DNA of 64,000 bases from an uncultured Solirubrobacteraceae bacterium (GCA_964588985.1 CAZPQW010000009.1:32001-96000); one strand, 5' to 3'. Numbered from the stretch's first letter, positions 1 to 9,952 are shown. The notes: generated by a model not told the origin, from the sequence alone. Numbers and translations are program-made.

Positions 1-831
1 GCCGAACTTCGTGCAGATCACGTCGAGAATCCTGCGGTCGAGCCGATCGAGTCCCCGTTCGTCAACCTCAAGCATGTCCAGTGCGGCCTGCGCGGCCTCC
101 GCGGTGACCACCCCCTGCATGCGCACCTCAGCGAAGTCGCGCACGCGCTTGAGCAGCCGGTTGGCCACCCGCGGCGTGCCGCGGCTGCGCGCGGCGATCG
201 CGAGCGCGCCGTCCTCCTGCAGCTCGATGTCGAGGATGCCAGCGGAGCGGCGCACGATGATCGCCAGCTCCTCCACGCCATATGGCTCCAGGCGCGCCTG
301 GATGCCGAAGCGGTCGCGCAATGGGGTCGTCAACAGGCCAGTCCGGGTGGTCGCCCCCACGAGCGTGAACGGCGGCAGCTCGAGCGTCACGACGCGCGCG
401 CCGGCCCCCTGTCCGACCGTGATCGGCAGCCGGTGATCCTCCATCGCGGGGTAGAAGGTCTCCTCGAGCGTCCGCGGCAGGCGGTGGATCTCGTCCACGA
501 AGAACACGCTGCGGGGCTCGAGGGCAGTCAGAAACGCGGCGATGTCTCCCTTGCGCTCGAGCGCGGGCCCGGCGGTCTGCACGAACGGCACTTCGAGCTC
601 CGCCGCGACGATCTGCGCGAGCGATGTCTTGCCGAGCCCGGGCGGCCCGGCGAGCAGCAGGTGGTCGAGCGCCTCGCCGCGGGCGCTGCACGCCTCGATC
701 GCGACCGACAGCTGCTGGCGCAGCGTCTCCTGCCCCACGAACTCCTCGAGCCGCTTCGGCCTAAGCGAGCGATCGAGCTCGTCCTCGGGCACGAGGTAAG
801 GGGTCTGGATACGGGCCGCGATCTCGGTCAT
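1..831 (-). CDS. ruvB: Holliday junction branch migration helicase RuvB (3' part beyond window edge)
   Basis: Not in the ORF track. Manual translation from ATG at 831: MTEIAARIQTPYLVPEDELDRSLRPKRLEEFVGQ...DHLLLAGPPGLGKT (Walker A)...VFFVDEIHRL. Follows ruvA. Confidence 0.97.
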   Translation of the reverse strand, partial: MTEIAARIQTPYLVPEDELDRSLRPKRLEEFVGQETLRQQLSVAIEACSARGEALDHLLLAGPPGLGKTSLAQIVAAELEVPFVQTAGPALERKGDIAAFLTALEPRSVFFVDEIHRLPRTLEETFYPAMEDHRLPITVGQGAGARVVTLELPPFTLVGATTRTGLLTTPLRDRFGIQARLEPYGVEELAIIVRRSAGILDIELQEDGALAIAARSRGTPRVANRLLKRVRDFAEVRMQGVVTAEAAQAALDMLEVDERGLDRLDRRILDVICTKFG

Positions 832-835
832 GGCC

Positions 836-1441
836 TCACGATGCCCGCGCCGCGCGCAGCGCGTGGCTGATCAGATCCTCGGCGCTCTCGCCCTGCGCGT
901 CGCGCAGTAGCTCCTCTGCCTCGCCGAGCGCGTAGCCGAGCTCGAGCAGCCCTTCGCGCGCAAGCATCCGCGGGTCCGGCGCTGCGCCGCGACGCGCCAC
1001 GATCGGCACGCGGCCTGATTCGGGCCCGCCCCCCGCCTCGACGCCGACCTTCTCGCGCAGCTCCACGATGATCCGTTCCGCCGTGCGCTTGCCGATCCCC
1101 GGGACCGCCTGGAAACGCGCCGCATCGCCGGCCGCGAGCGCCCCGATCAGCTCGCGCGGAGGTCCGGCGGAGAGCACCGCGAGCGCCACCTTCGGGCCGA
1201 CCGCCTGTACGGAGAGCAGCATCAGGAACAGGTCGCGCTCCTGCTCGGAGTGAAATCCGAAGAGGGCAAGCGCGTCGTCGCGCACGATCAGATGCGCGTG
1301 CAGCGTCACCTCCTCGCCGACCGGAGGCACGTGGCGCAGCGTCTCCGCCGACACCGCCGCGCGGTAACCGACAGCTCCGCACAGCACCACCACGTGGTCA
1401 CCTCGACGAACAGCCACCTCTCCGCGCAGCAGCGAGATCAC
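836..1441 (-). CDS. ruvA: Holliday junction branch migration protein RuvA
   Basis: GTG start overlapping ruvC stop; VGY, LFGF, VGPKVAL, VPGIGKRTAERIIVELREK HhH motifs. Confidence 0.95.
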   Translation of the reverse strand: MISLLRGEVAVRRGDHVVVLCGAVGYRAAVSAETLRHVPPVGEEVTLHAHLIVRDDALALFGFHSEQERDLFLMLLSVQAVGPKVALAVLSAGPPRELIGALAAGDAARFQAVPGIGKRTAERIIVELREKVGVEAGGGPESGRVPIVARRGAAPDPRMLAREGLLELGYALGEAEELLRDAQGESAEDLISHALRAARAS

Positions 1442-1938
1442 GCGCTCGCCTCCGCGAGGGCCATCGCCAGCGGCGCGCAGTTGGCGTGGCACACCGCGAC
1501 CGCGAGCGCGTCCGCGGCGTGGTCGGGGCGCGGCTCCTCAACCAGGCCGAGCAGCGTCTTGACCATCCGCGCCACCTGGTCCTTCTCCGCGCGGCCGCTG
1601 CCGCACACCGCGCCCTTGACCTGCTGCGGGGTGTAGCTGGAGCATGGCACGCCGCGCTGGCCGGCCGCGAGCATCACCACGCCCCGCGCCTGCCCGACCG
1701 CGAACGCGGTGCGCACGTTCTGGCCGAAGTACAGCTCCTCGAGCGCGACCGCGTCGGGCTGGTGCTCAGCGAGCAGCGCCTCGATGCCGGCGTGGATGTC
1801 CGCGAGGCGGCGCTCGTGCGCGACGCCCGCGCGCGTCTGGATCACGCCGCCGTCGAGCGCGACCAGGCGCCCGCCGCGACGCTCCACCACGCCGTAGCCG
1901 GTGTTGGCCAATCCGGGATCTATGCCGAGGACGATCAC
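1438..1938 (-). CDS. ruvC: Crossover junction endodeoxyribonuclease RuvC
   Basis: LGIDPGLANTGYG, GQARGV, VKGAVCGSGRAEKDQV, DHAADALAVA. Confidence 0.97.
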   Translation of the reverse strand: MIVLGIDPGLANTGYGVVERRGGRLVALDGGVIQTRAGVAHERRLADIHAGIEALLAEHQPDAVALEELYFGQNVRTAFAVGQARGVVMLAAGQRGVPCSSYTPQQVKGAVCGSGRAEKDQVARMVKTLLGLVEEPRPDHAADALAVAVCHANCAPLAMALAEASA

Positions 1939-1994
1939 GAGGATGTGATTCTGCGCTCGCCGTCGGACGCCTGCCTGCCTTAGGCTGGCGCGAC

Positions 1995-3113
1995 ATGGAC
2001 GCCGAGCACATCGACTTCGCCGCGGCGGGCCTGCTCGACGGGCTGGAGGGCGAGGAGCGCTCGGAGCGCCTCACACTGCTGCGAAACCTCGCAGCAGAGG
2101 GCGTGGCGCTGGAGGAGCTGCGCCGCTCGACCGTCAACGGGACGCTGCTGTTCCTGCCCGCCGACCGGCTGATCGTCGGCGGCGAGCGCTACACCGCGCC
2201 GACCGTCTCGCGGATCAGCGGCGTGGATCTGGAGTTCCTCGTCGCGGCGCGGCGCGCGATGGGACTGCCGATCCCCGAGCCCGACGAGGCGGTCTACACA
2301 GACGCGGATCTCGAATCGGCGCGCATGATCCACATCACGCGCGACGCGGGGCTACCCGACGAGGACATCCTCGAGCTGCTGCGCGTCCTCGGCCGCGGGC
2401 TCTCGCAGGCCGCGGAGACGATGCGCGCTCTCCCTCTAAAAATCGTTATCCAGCCCGGGATCAGCGAGCACGACCTGGCCGACAGCTACGCGGCGGCCAC
2501 CGAACGGCTCTACCCGCTCGTCGACCCGTTGCTGCGCAACCTGCTGATCCTGCACCTGCGCCAGGCGACGCAGGGCGAGGTTGTGAGCGCGGTGGAGCGC
2601 AGCGGCGGCGACCTTCCCGGCTCGCGCGAGGTGGCCGTGTGCTTCGCGGATCTCGTCGGCTTCACCCGCCTCGGCGAGGAAGTCCCGCCGGATGAGCTGG
2701 GGCGACTCGCGGCGCGCCTGGAAGCGCTCGCCACCGATGTCACCAAGCCTCCGGTGCGGCTCGTGAAGACGATCGGCGACGCGGCGATGCTCGCCTCGGT
2801 GGAGGCCGGACCGCTGCTCGACTCGGCGCTCGAGCTGATCGACGCGGCCGACGCCGAGGGCAACGACTTCCCCCAGCTGCGGGCGGGCGCCGCGCTGGGC
2901 CTCGCGGTGCCGCGCTCCGGGGACTGGTTCGGCAGGCCCGTCAACCTCGCCAGCCGCATCACCTCGCTCGCCCGTCCCGGCAGCCTGCTCGCCGAGCGCG
3001 AGGTGCGCGAGGCGGCGCGCGAGAGCCACAGCTGGTCGTTCGCGGGCGAGCGGCGGCTGCGCGGGGTGCGCGAACCAGTCTCGCTGTTCAGAGCGAGGCG
3101 CCTACCAGCCTGA
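1995..3113 (+). CDS. Class III adenylate cyclase with N-terminal regulatory domain (Rv1264-like)
   Basis: FADLVGFT, VKTIGDAAM, GDWFGRPVNLASR catalytic motifs; start MDAEHIDF at 1995. Confidence 0.9.
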   Translation: MDAEHIDFAAAGLLDGLEGEERSERLTLLRNLAAEGVALEELRRSTVNGTLLFLPADRLIVGGERYTAPTVSRISGVDLEFLVAARRAMGLPIPEPDEAVYTDADLESARMIHITRDAGLPDEDILELLRVLGRGLSQAAETMRALPLKIVIQPGISEHDLADSYAAATERLYPLVDPLLRNLLILHLRQATQGEVVSAVERSGGDLPGSREVAVCFADLVGFTRLGEEVPPDELGRLAARLEALATDVTKPPVRLVKTIGDAAMLASVEAGPLLDSALELIDAADAEGNDFPQLRAGAALGLAVPRSGDWFGRPVNLASRITSLARPGSLLAEREVREAARESHSWSFAGERRLRGVREPVSLFRARRLPA

Positions 3114-3834
3114 ACCAGGGCGCATCGCCAGAGGCCCACAGGTCGTTGAGCGCGACCGCATCCTTGTAGGTGTCCATGCACTCCCAGAAGCCCTCGTGGC
3201 GATGGGCGCGCAGCTGCTCCTCGGATGCCAGGCGCTCCAGCGGCGCACGCTCGAGAATGCTGTCCGGCTGCAGGTAGTCGAGCACGGGCGCCTGGAAGCA
3301 GAAGAAGCCGCCGTTGATCCAGTGCTCCGAGCGCGGCTTCTCGCGAAACCCGCGCACGCGGCCGTCGGGCTCGAGCTCGGTCACGCCGAACTGCAGCTCC
3401 GGGCGCACCACCGTCATGCTCGCAAGCGCCCCGTGGCCGGAGTGGAAGTCCAGAAGAGCCTGCAGGTCGATGTCGGCTACGCCGTCGGCGTAGGTCGCGC
3501 AGAAGGACTCCTCGCCCGCGAGCGCGCCCTCGAGCGCCTTGATCCTCCCCCCCGTCTGTGTCTCCAGGCCAGTGTCGACGCACTCCACGCTCACGCCGCC
3601 GGGCCACTCGTGCGTGGCGACGAACTCCTCGATCAGCTCGCCCTTGTAGCCGGTCGCGAGCAGGAAGCGCGTGAAGCCCTGGACGGCGTAGAGCTGGATC
3701 ACGTGCCACACGATCGGCATGCCGCCGATCTCCACGAGCGGCTTGGGGATCGCCTGGGTGTGCTCCTGCAGGCGCGTCCCCCTGCCCCCGCAGAGGATCA
3801 CGACCGGAGGCCTCGTGACCGCGCTATCGCTCAA
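3088..3834 (-). CDS. Sugar-phosphate nucleotidyltransferase (glucose-1-phosphate cytidylyltransferase/RfbF-like)
   Basis: ILCGGRGTRL, PKPLVEIGG, DTGLETQTGGRI, WINGGFF, FWECMDT; TTG start uncertain. Confidence 0.85.
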   Translation of the reverse strand: MSDSAVTRPPVVILCGGRGTRLQEHTQAIPKPLVEIGGMPIVWHVIQLYAVQGFTRFLLATGYKGELIEEFVATHEWPGGVSVECVDTGLETQTGGRIKALEGALAGEESFCATYADGVADIDLQALLDFHSGHGALASMTVVRPELQFGVTELEPDGRVRGFREKPRSEHWINGGFFCFQAPVLDYLQPDSILERAPLERLASEEQLRAHRHEGFWECMDTYKDAVALNDLWASGDAPWFRLVGASL

Positions 3835-3838
3835 CGGT

Positions 3839-4588
3839 CTAGCCCGCGACGCGTTCGAGCACGTCGGTGGAGACGTCGAAGTTCGCATGCACCGCGCTGA
3901 CGTCGTCGTTGTCCTCGAGCGCTTCGATCAGCTTCATCAGCTTGCCCGCCTGCGCCTCGTCGACCGGCACGACGCTCGAGGGCCGGTAGGCGAGCTCGGC
4001 GCTCTGCATCTCCACGCCGGCCTCCTCGAGCGCCCTGCGCACCTGCATGAAGTCGGTCGGCTCGGTGATCACCTCGAAGATGTCTTCGTCGGTCGAGATG
4101 TCCTCCGCGCCCGCCTCCACCGCCGCCATCAGGTCATCTTCGGAGTAGCGCTCGGAGTCGACGACGATCGTTCCCTTCTTGTCGAACAGGTAGGCCACCG
4201 AGCCGGGCTCCCCGAGGTTGCCGCCGTTCTTGGAGAACGCGTGCCTGACGTCCGCGCTGGTGCGGTTGCGATTGTCGGTCAGCGCCTCCACCAGCAGCGC
4301 CACCCCACCGGGGCCGTAGCCCTCGTAGAGGACGCTTTCGATCGCGTCCGCCTCGCCGCCCTCTCCAGTGCCCTTGGCGATCGCGCGCTCGATGTTGTCC
4401 TTCGGCATCGATGCTTCCTTGGCCTTGCGGATCGCGAGATCCAGAGACGGGTTGCCCACCGGGTCGCCGCCGCCGTCGCGCGCCGCGACCGTGATCGCGC
4501 GCGTGAGCTTCGAGAACGCCGCGCCGCGGCGCGAGTCCACGATCGCCTTCTTGTGCTTGATGCTCGCCCACTTGGAATGCCCTGACAT
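3839..4588 (-). CDS. yebC: YebC/PmpR family protein
   Basis: MSGHSKWASIKHKK, YEGYGPGG, TDNRNRT; typical position upstream of ruvCAB. Confidence 0.96.
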   Translation of the reverse strand: MSGHSKWASIKHKKAIVDSRRGAAFSKLTRAITVAARDGGGDPVGNPSLDLAIRKAKEASMPKDNIERAIAKGTGEGGEADAIESVLYEGYGPGGVALLVEALTDNRNRTSADVRHAFSKNGGNLGEPGSVAYLFDKKGTIVVDSERYSEDDLMAAVEAGAEDISTDEDIFEVITEPTDFMQVRRALEEAGVEMQSAELAYRPSSVVPVDEAQAGKLMKLIEALEDNDDVSAVHANFDVSTDVLERVAG

Positions 4589-4673
4589 GCACGCAAGTCT
4601 ACGAACCCGCCGCGCGGGAGGGCGCTCGACGGCGCCTGGACCGAGTCAGCGCGCCGGTAGGATGCTCGGGCGC

Positions 4674-6089
4674 ATGACCCCCACTCTCTCCACCGAGATC
4701 TTCAAGGCGTACGACATCCGCGGCCTCTACGGCGAGCAGATCGACGGCGATGTCGCCGAGCTGATCGGCCGCGCGTTCGCGCGCGTGCTCTCCCAGCTCG
4801 CCGGCAAGCCCGTGGAGGAGCTGCGCATCGGGCTGGGACGCGACATGCGCCTGAGCGCGCCGGAGCTCGCCGCACGCTACCGCGCGGGCATGCTCTCCGA
4901 AGGCCTGCGCGTGATCGACGCCGGGCAGGTCGGCAGCGAGATGCTGTATTTCCTCGTCGGCTCGCGCGAGCTGGACGGCGGGCTGATGTGCACCGCCTCG
5001 CACAACCCCAAGGCCTACACCGGCGCGAAGCTCGTGCGCGAGGGCGCGATCGCGCTGTCGGGCGACTCCGGCATCCAGGACATCCGCCGCGAGGTCGAAG
5101 CCGAGCTGGCCGACGGCGGCACGCGCGCGGGCGGAGAGCCGACCGGCACCGTCGAGGAAGTCGACCTCTACTCCGAGTTCCAGGAGGCGGCGCTGCGGTT
5201 CGTCGATCCGGACGCGATCCGCGCGGGCAGCGGCGAGCGCAAGCTGAAGGTGGTGCTCGACGGCGGCAACGGCATGGCCGGCCCGATGGTGGGTCCGCTG
5301 CTCGAGCGCCTAGGCCTCGACCTGATCGCGACCTACTGGACCCCGGACGGCAACTTCCCCGACCACGAGCCCAACCCGCTGCTGCCCGAGAACCGCGAGT
5401 TCATCATCGAGAAGGTTCGCTCGAGCGGCGCGGACCTGGGGATCGCGTGGGACGGAGACGCGGACCGCTGCTTCTTCATCGACGACACCGGCGAGTTCGT
5501 CGACGGCGACTTCCTCACCGCGCTGCTCGCCGACTCGCTGCTGCGCAAAAACCCCGGCGAAGCGATCCTGTACGACGTGCGCGCGTCGCGCGCCGTCGCG
5601 GACACAGTCACCGCCGCGGGCGGCACGCCGTACGTGAACCGCGTGGGGCACGCGTTCTTCAAGACGCGCATGCGCAAGGAGGGCTCGCTGTTCGGCGGCG
5701 AGGTCTCCGGGCACTACTACTTCCGCGACTTCTACTGCGCGGACTCAGGAACGATCCCCGCGCTGCTCGTGCTGGAGCTGCTCGCCCGAGAGGGCAAGAA
5801 GCTGTCCGAGCTGCTCGCCGCCTTTCGTGGGCGCTACTTCATCTCCGGCGAGGTCAACTCAGAGGTGGCGGACCCGCTGGCGAAGATGGAGGAGATCGCC
5901 GCGACCTACTCCGACGCTCGCCAGGACCGCCTCGATGGGATCTCGATCGACTACGACGACTGGCACTTCAACGTGCGCCCCTCCAACACCGAGCCGCTGC
6001 TGCGCCTGTGTCTCGAGTCGCTCGTCTCGCACGAGGACATGGAGCGCCGCCGCGACGAGGTGCTTGCGTTGATCCGATCCGACTCGTGA
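4674..6089 (+). CDS. Phosphomannomutase/phosphoglucomutase
   Basis: FKAYDIRG, TASHNP phosphoserine loop, DGDADR metal loop, GEVSGH, RPSNTEP. Confidence 0.95.
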   Translation: MTPTLSTEIFKAYDIRGLYGEQIDGDVAELIGRAFARVLSQLAGKPVEELRIGLGRDMRLSAPELAARYRAGMLSEGLRVIDAGQVGSEMLYFLVGSRELDGGLMCTASHNPKAYTGAKLVREGAIALSGDSGIQDIRREVEAELADGGTRAGGEPTGTVEEVDLYSEFQEAALRFVDPDAIRAGSGERKLKVVLDGGNGMAGPMVGPLLERLGLDLIATYWTPDGNFPDHEPNPLLPENREFIIEKVRSSGADLGIAWDGDADRCFFIDDTGEFVDGDFLTALLADSLLRKNPGEAILYDVRASRAVADTVTAAGGTPYVNRVGHAFFKTRMRKEGSLFGGEVSGHYYFRDFYCADSGTIPALLVLELLAREGKKLSELLAAFRGRYFISGEVNSEVADPLAKMEEIAATYSDARQDRLDGISIDYDDWHFNVRPSNTEPLLRLCLESLVSHEDMERRRDEVLALIRSDS

Positions 6090-7123
6090 GCGCAGACGAT
6101 GAGGCCGAGCGCAACGCGCTCGCGGTAGCCGCGGACGCCGGCATCCACCGGCTGGCGATCCCCACACCGTTCATGGTCGGCCGCGTGAACGCGTACCTGA
6201 TCGAGGACGACCCGCTCACACTCGTCGACTCGGGGCCCAACTCGGCGAAGGCGCTCGACGAGCTCGAGCAGGAACTGAACGCGCGCGGGCACGCGGTCGA
6301 GGACATCGAGCTGCTGGTGATCAGCCATCAGCACATGGACCACTTCGGGCTCGCGTCGATCCTCGCGCGGCGCTCCGGCGCGGAGGTCGCCGCGCTGGCG
6401 CCGCTCGCGCCGTTCCTCGCCGCCTACGGCGCGCAGACCGACCTCGACGACAGCCTCGCGGAGATCCTGATGCTGCGCCACGGCATCCCCGCCGAAATCG
6501 TGACCGCCCTGCGAGCGGTGTCGGCAGGCTTCCGCGCCTGGGGGTCGGCTGTGGAGGTGACGCGACCGCTCGCGGCGGACTCCGAGCTGAAGCTGCGCGA
6601 CCGCACGCTGCGCATCCTTCATCGCCCCGGGCACAGCCCCTCCGACACGATCTTCCACGACGCCGAGCGTTCCATCCTGCTCGCGGCCGACCACCTGATC
6701 GCCCACATCTCGTCGAACCCGCTGCTAGCGCGACCGCTCGACGCCGGCGAGGAGTACCTCGACCGGGCGAGAGCCGGCGAGCGCCCGCAGGCGCTCGTCA
6801 CCTACATGGCCTCGCTCGAACAGACGCGAGCGATGGAGCTGGATCTGGTGCTCCCCGGCCACGGGCGCCCGATCGCCGACCACGCGGCGCTGATCGACGA
6901 GCGTTTCCGTCTGCACGCCCGGCGCGCGGAGAAGATCCACCGGCTGATCGCCGAGCAGCCCCGCAGCGCGCACGAGATCGCACAGGAGCTGTGGGGAAAC
7001 GTCGCCGTCACGCAGGCCTACCTCACGCTTTCGGAGGTGCTGGGACATGTGGATTTGCTGCTGAACGACGGGCGCGTGGTCGAGGTCGAGGACGAGGGCG
7101 TGGTGCGGTTTCGGGCGGTGTAA
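6086..7123 (+). CDS. MBL-fold metallo-hydrolase
   Basis: SHQHMDHFG (HxHxDH), PGHSP, DH, PGHG; GTG start overlaps upstream stop. Confidence 0.9.
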   Translation: MSADDEAERNALAVAADAGIHRLAIPTPFMVGRVNAYLIEDDPLTLVDSGPNSAKALDELEQELNARGHAVEDIELLVISHQHMDHFGLASILARRSGAEVAALAPLAPFLAAYGAQTDLDDSLAEILMLRHGIPAEIVTALRAVSAGFRAWGSAVEVTRPLAADSELKLRDRTLRILHRPGHSPSDTIFHDAERSILLAADHLIAHISSNPLLARPLDAGEEYLDRARAGERPQALVTYMASLEQTRAMELDLVLPGHGRPIADHAALIDERFRLHARRAEKIHRLIAEQPRSAHEIAQELWGNVAVTQAYLTLSEVLGHVDLLLNDGRVVEVEDEGVVRFRAV

Positions 7124-7168
7124 CCGCCAGGCGACAGCGCACGTTCATGTCAGTCAAGGCGCAGCTGA

Positions 7169-7196
7169 TGTAGACGACTGTCTCCATCGCTAGCGT
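7169..7196 (+). promoter_or_regulatory. Putative operator palindrome and -10 of the antitoxin gene
   Basis: TGTAGAC-N4-GTCTCCA near-palindrome (7169-7186), then TAGCGT (7191-7196) 6 nt before ATG 7203. Confidence 0.45.
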
Positions 7197-7202
7197 GTGG
7201 GA

Positions 7203-7541
7203 ATGACCATTGCATACGCCGATGAGGCGATCCATATCCGCGATACCGGCCACCTCTCGGACCTTGACATCGCGCGAGCGACCGGTGCAGCTCCGAGCAC
7301 TGTGCGCGAATGGCTCTCACGCAGGAGCACCCCGAGCGGAGTGCGAGCCGAGCGTGTACTTGAGCTCTCATCGTTGGTCGAACGTCTCGCGCGAGTCATG
7401 CGTCCGACTTACATTCCTGTATGGCTGAGCAAGCCAGTCCCAGCACTTCAGGACGACAAGCCGATAGACCGTATAGCTAGAGGCGATTACCGCGCCGTCG
7501 CCCGCCTAATTGCTGGCATCGAGTACCCAGGCGCAAGCTGA
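7203..7541 (+). CDS. Xre-HTH / MbcA-ParS-type antitoxin (DUF2384-like)
   Basis: N-terminal HTH (DIARATGAAPSTVREWL) and C-terminal WLSKPVPALQDDKPIDRI signature; more AT-rich codons than neighbours. Confidence 0.8.
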   Translation: MTIAYADEAIHIRDTGHLSDLDIARATGAAPSTVREWLSRRSTPSGVRAERVLELSSLVERLARVMRPTYIPVWLSKPVPALQDDKPIDRIARGDYRAVARLIAGIEYPGAS

Positions 7542-7608
7542 CGCGACACTCGACTTCGATGCGTCGATGAGCTCTGCTCCGCGCTAGCGAAACGATCTGT
7601 TCAGCGCG

Positions 7609-8457
7609 TCACTCGCCGCCCGGTGGCCATGACCGCAGCGGCCGGCCTATTTCCCAATGGTGCCCAAACGGGTCGACGATCCTCCCGAGACGCCAGCCAT
7701 GTTCGTCGCCCACAGCGCGGACCTCGCTCGCGCCGGCGACTATTGCGCAGGCGGTCACAGCGTCTGGGTCGTCCACCACGAGCAGCAGCCTCGCTGAGCC
7801 TCCGTTCAGCGTCTCTGGGCTGAAGTTGAGGTGCTCGGGCGACTCGTCGGCGACCCAGAACGACGTGGCGCCAACGGAGAGCTGCGAGACGACCGGCTCG
7901 TGCTCGTCGGTGCCCCCGACCCGGTAGATCTCCCTCGCTCCGAACGCCTCGACGTAGAACGCGACCGCCTCGCGACCGCGCCGGACCGAGAGCTGAGCCG
8001 CAACGCCGCCGAGGTCACCCACACCGATCTCACGGAGGTGCGCCACGTTTGCACGATCGTCCGCCTCCGCGCTGGGCAGGGCCTCGAACCAGGCGTCGAG
8101 GATCTCGCCGAGCAGCGCCTGCGAGGTGCTGCGCAGGCTGAGCGCGAGCACGTTCGCGTCGTTCCACTTCCGCGCGCCCTCCGCGGTCGCGGCATCGCCA
8201 CACAGTGCTGCACGCACGCCGTCCACCTTGTTCGCGGCGATCGACGCGCCCGTGCCCGTCCAGCAGCACACGATCCCCTGCTCGGCGCGCCCCTCCGCCA
8301 CGTCGTGGGCGACTACCTCCGAGGCCCACGCCCAATCGTCGCGCTCGCCGTCCTTCAGCGCCCCGTGCGTGAGCGTCTGGTGCCCGCGCCCCTCCAGCTC
8401 CACCGCCAGCGCGGACGCGATCCCCGTGAGCTCGTCCGCGGAGATCGAGATCAGCAT
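7609..8457 (-). CDS. RpiB/LacA/LacB sugar-phosphate isomerase fused to C-terminal VOC/glyoxalase domain
   Basis: CCWTGTGASIAANKVDGVRAAL, ARKWNDANVL (RpiB), then AVAFYVEAFGA...HGWRLGRIVDPFGHHWEIG (VOC/PhnB). Confidence 0.85.
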   Translation of the reverse strand: MLISISADELTGIASALAVELEGRGHQTLTHGALKDGERDDWAWASEVVAHDVAEGRAEQGIVCCWTGTGASIAANKVDGVRAALCGDAATAEGARKWNDANVLALSLRSTSQALLGEILDAWFEALPSAEADDRANVAHLREIGVGDLGGVAAQLSVRRGREAVAFYVEAFGAREIYRVGGTDEHEPVVSQLSVGATSFWVADESPEHLNFSPETLNGGSARLLLVVDDPDAVTACAIVAGASEVRAVGDEHGWRLGRIVDPFGHHWEIGRPLRSWPPGGE

Positions 8458-8462
8458 GAGGA

Positions 8463-9074
8463 CTACTCCGTCACCGGTTGCGCTGCCGTCGCGTCCATGC
8501 CGGAGTGCGACCTCGCCAGCGCGAGGAACAGCCGGTGGAGCCGGTCGTCGTCTCCGAGCTCCGCGTGAAAGGCGACCGCGATCATGTTGCCCTCGCGCGC
8601 TGCCACCGCGTGACCGTCAACCTCACCGAGGATCTCCACGCCTGGGCCGTGCTCGGCGATCCACGGCGCGCGGATGAAGATCCCGTGGATCGGCCCACCA
8701 TCGAGCCCACGCATGGCCACATCGGCCTCGAAGCTGCGGATCTGTCGACCGAACGCGTTGCGCTCCGCCTGGAAGTCCATCAAGCCGAGGTGGTCGCGAT
8801 CGAGCATGATCAGCCCTGCGCACGACCCCAGCACCGGCGCACCCGTCGCCGCGAACTCCCGCAGCGGCTCCGCGAGACCCTCACGCTCGACGCCGAGCGT
8901 CATCGTGGTCGACTCCCCGCCGGGTACGACCAGCCCGTCGAGGCCGTCGAGGTCTCTCGGCACGCGCACCTGGCGCGTGTCCGCGCCAAGGCCGTGCAGC
9001 ATCTGTTCGTGCGCCTCGAAGCCGCCCTGCAGCGCGAGAACGCCGACCAGGGGTGCGTCGCTCGGCGCTACCAA
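8463..9074 (-). CDS. pdxT: Pyridoxal 5'-phosphate synthase glutaminase subunit
   Basis: GVLALQG, PGGEST, GSCAGLI, RNAFGRQ, FIRAP, FHAEL. Confidence 0.96.
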   Translation of the reverse strand: MVAPSDAPLVGVLALQGGFEAHEQMLHGLGADTRQVRVPRDLDGLDGLVVPGGESTTMTLGVEREGLAEPLREFAATGAPVLGSCAGLIMLDRDHLGLMDFQAERNAFGRQIRSFEADVAMRGLDGGPIHGIFIRAPWIAEHGPGVEILGEVDGHAVAAREGNMIAVAFHAELGDDDRLHRLFLALARSHSGMDATAAQPVTE

Positions 9075-9952
9075 CCGCGCTGCGCTAGGAGCTGCTCGTC
9101 CTCGAGCTTGGAGCTCTCGAGGCTCACCATCGGCGTGCCCAGCCCGCGCGAGGCCTCTGTGACGCGCGCGGCGTCCTGCCAGTGCGTGGTCGCCTCCACG
9201 ATCGCCCGCGCCCGTGTGGGCGGGTCTTCGGACTTGAAGATGCCCGAGCCCACGAACACGCCTTCAGCGCCCAATGCCATCATCAGCGCGGCGTCCGCCG
9301 GCGTGGCGATGCCGCCGGCGCAGAACAGCACCACGGGGAGACGTCCGCCGACCGCCACGCTGCGCACAAGATCGACCGGCGCGGAGATCTCCTTCGCGGC
9401 CGTCGCGACCTCATCCGGGCCGAGCGTCGCCAGGCGGCGGATTTCGCCGGTGATCTGGCGCATGTGGCGCACCGCCTCGACGATGTCGCCCGTGCCGGCC
9501 TCGCCCTTGGAGCGGATCATCGCCGCGCCCTCACCGATCCGGCGCAGCGCCTCGCCGAGGTTCGTAGCGCCGCACACGAACGGCGCCTTGAAGTCCCACT
9601 TGTCGATGTGGTTGGCCTCGTCCGCAGGCGTCAACACCTCGGACTCGTCGATGTAGTCCACCTCGAGCGACTCCAGCACGCGCGCCTCCATGAAGTGGCC
9701 GATCCGCGCCTTCGCCATCACCGGGATCGAAACCGCCTCCTGGATGCCCGCGATCATCTCCGGGTCCGACATCCGCGCCACGCCGCCGTCGCGGCGGATG
9801 TCCGCGGGCACGCGCTCCAGCGCCATCACCGCGGCCGCTCCCGCGTCCTCGGCGACCTTCGCCTGCTCAGGCGTGACCACGTCCATGATCACGCCGCCCT
9901 TGAGCATCTCCGCCAGGCCGGTCTTGACCCGGAATGTCGCCTCGTCGCGCAT
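9068..9952 (-). CDS. pdxS: Pyridoxal 5'-phosphate synthase lyase subunit
   Basis: [37 protein letters not shown]; start ATG 9952. Confidence 0.97.
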   Translation of the reverse strand: MRDEATFRVKTGLAEMLKGGVIMDVVTPEQAKVAEDAGAAAVMALERVPADIRRDGGVARMSDPEMIAGIQEAVSIPVMAKARIGHFMEARVLESLEVDYIDESEVLTPADEANHIDKWDFKAPFVCGATNLGEALRRIGEGAAMIRSKGEAGTGDIVEAVRHMRQITGEIRRLATLGPDEVATAAKEISAPVDLVRSVAVGGRLPVVLFCAGGIATPADAALMMALGAEGVFVGSGIFKSEDPPTRARAIVEATTHWQDAARVTEASRGLGTPMVSLESSKLEDEQLLAQRGW

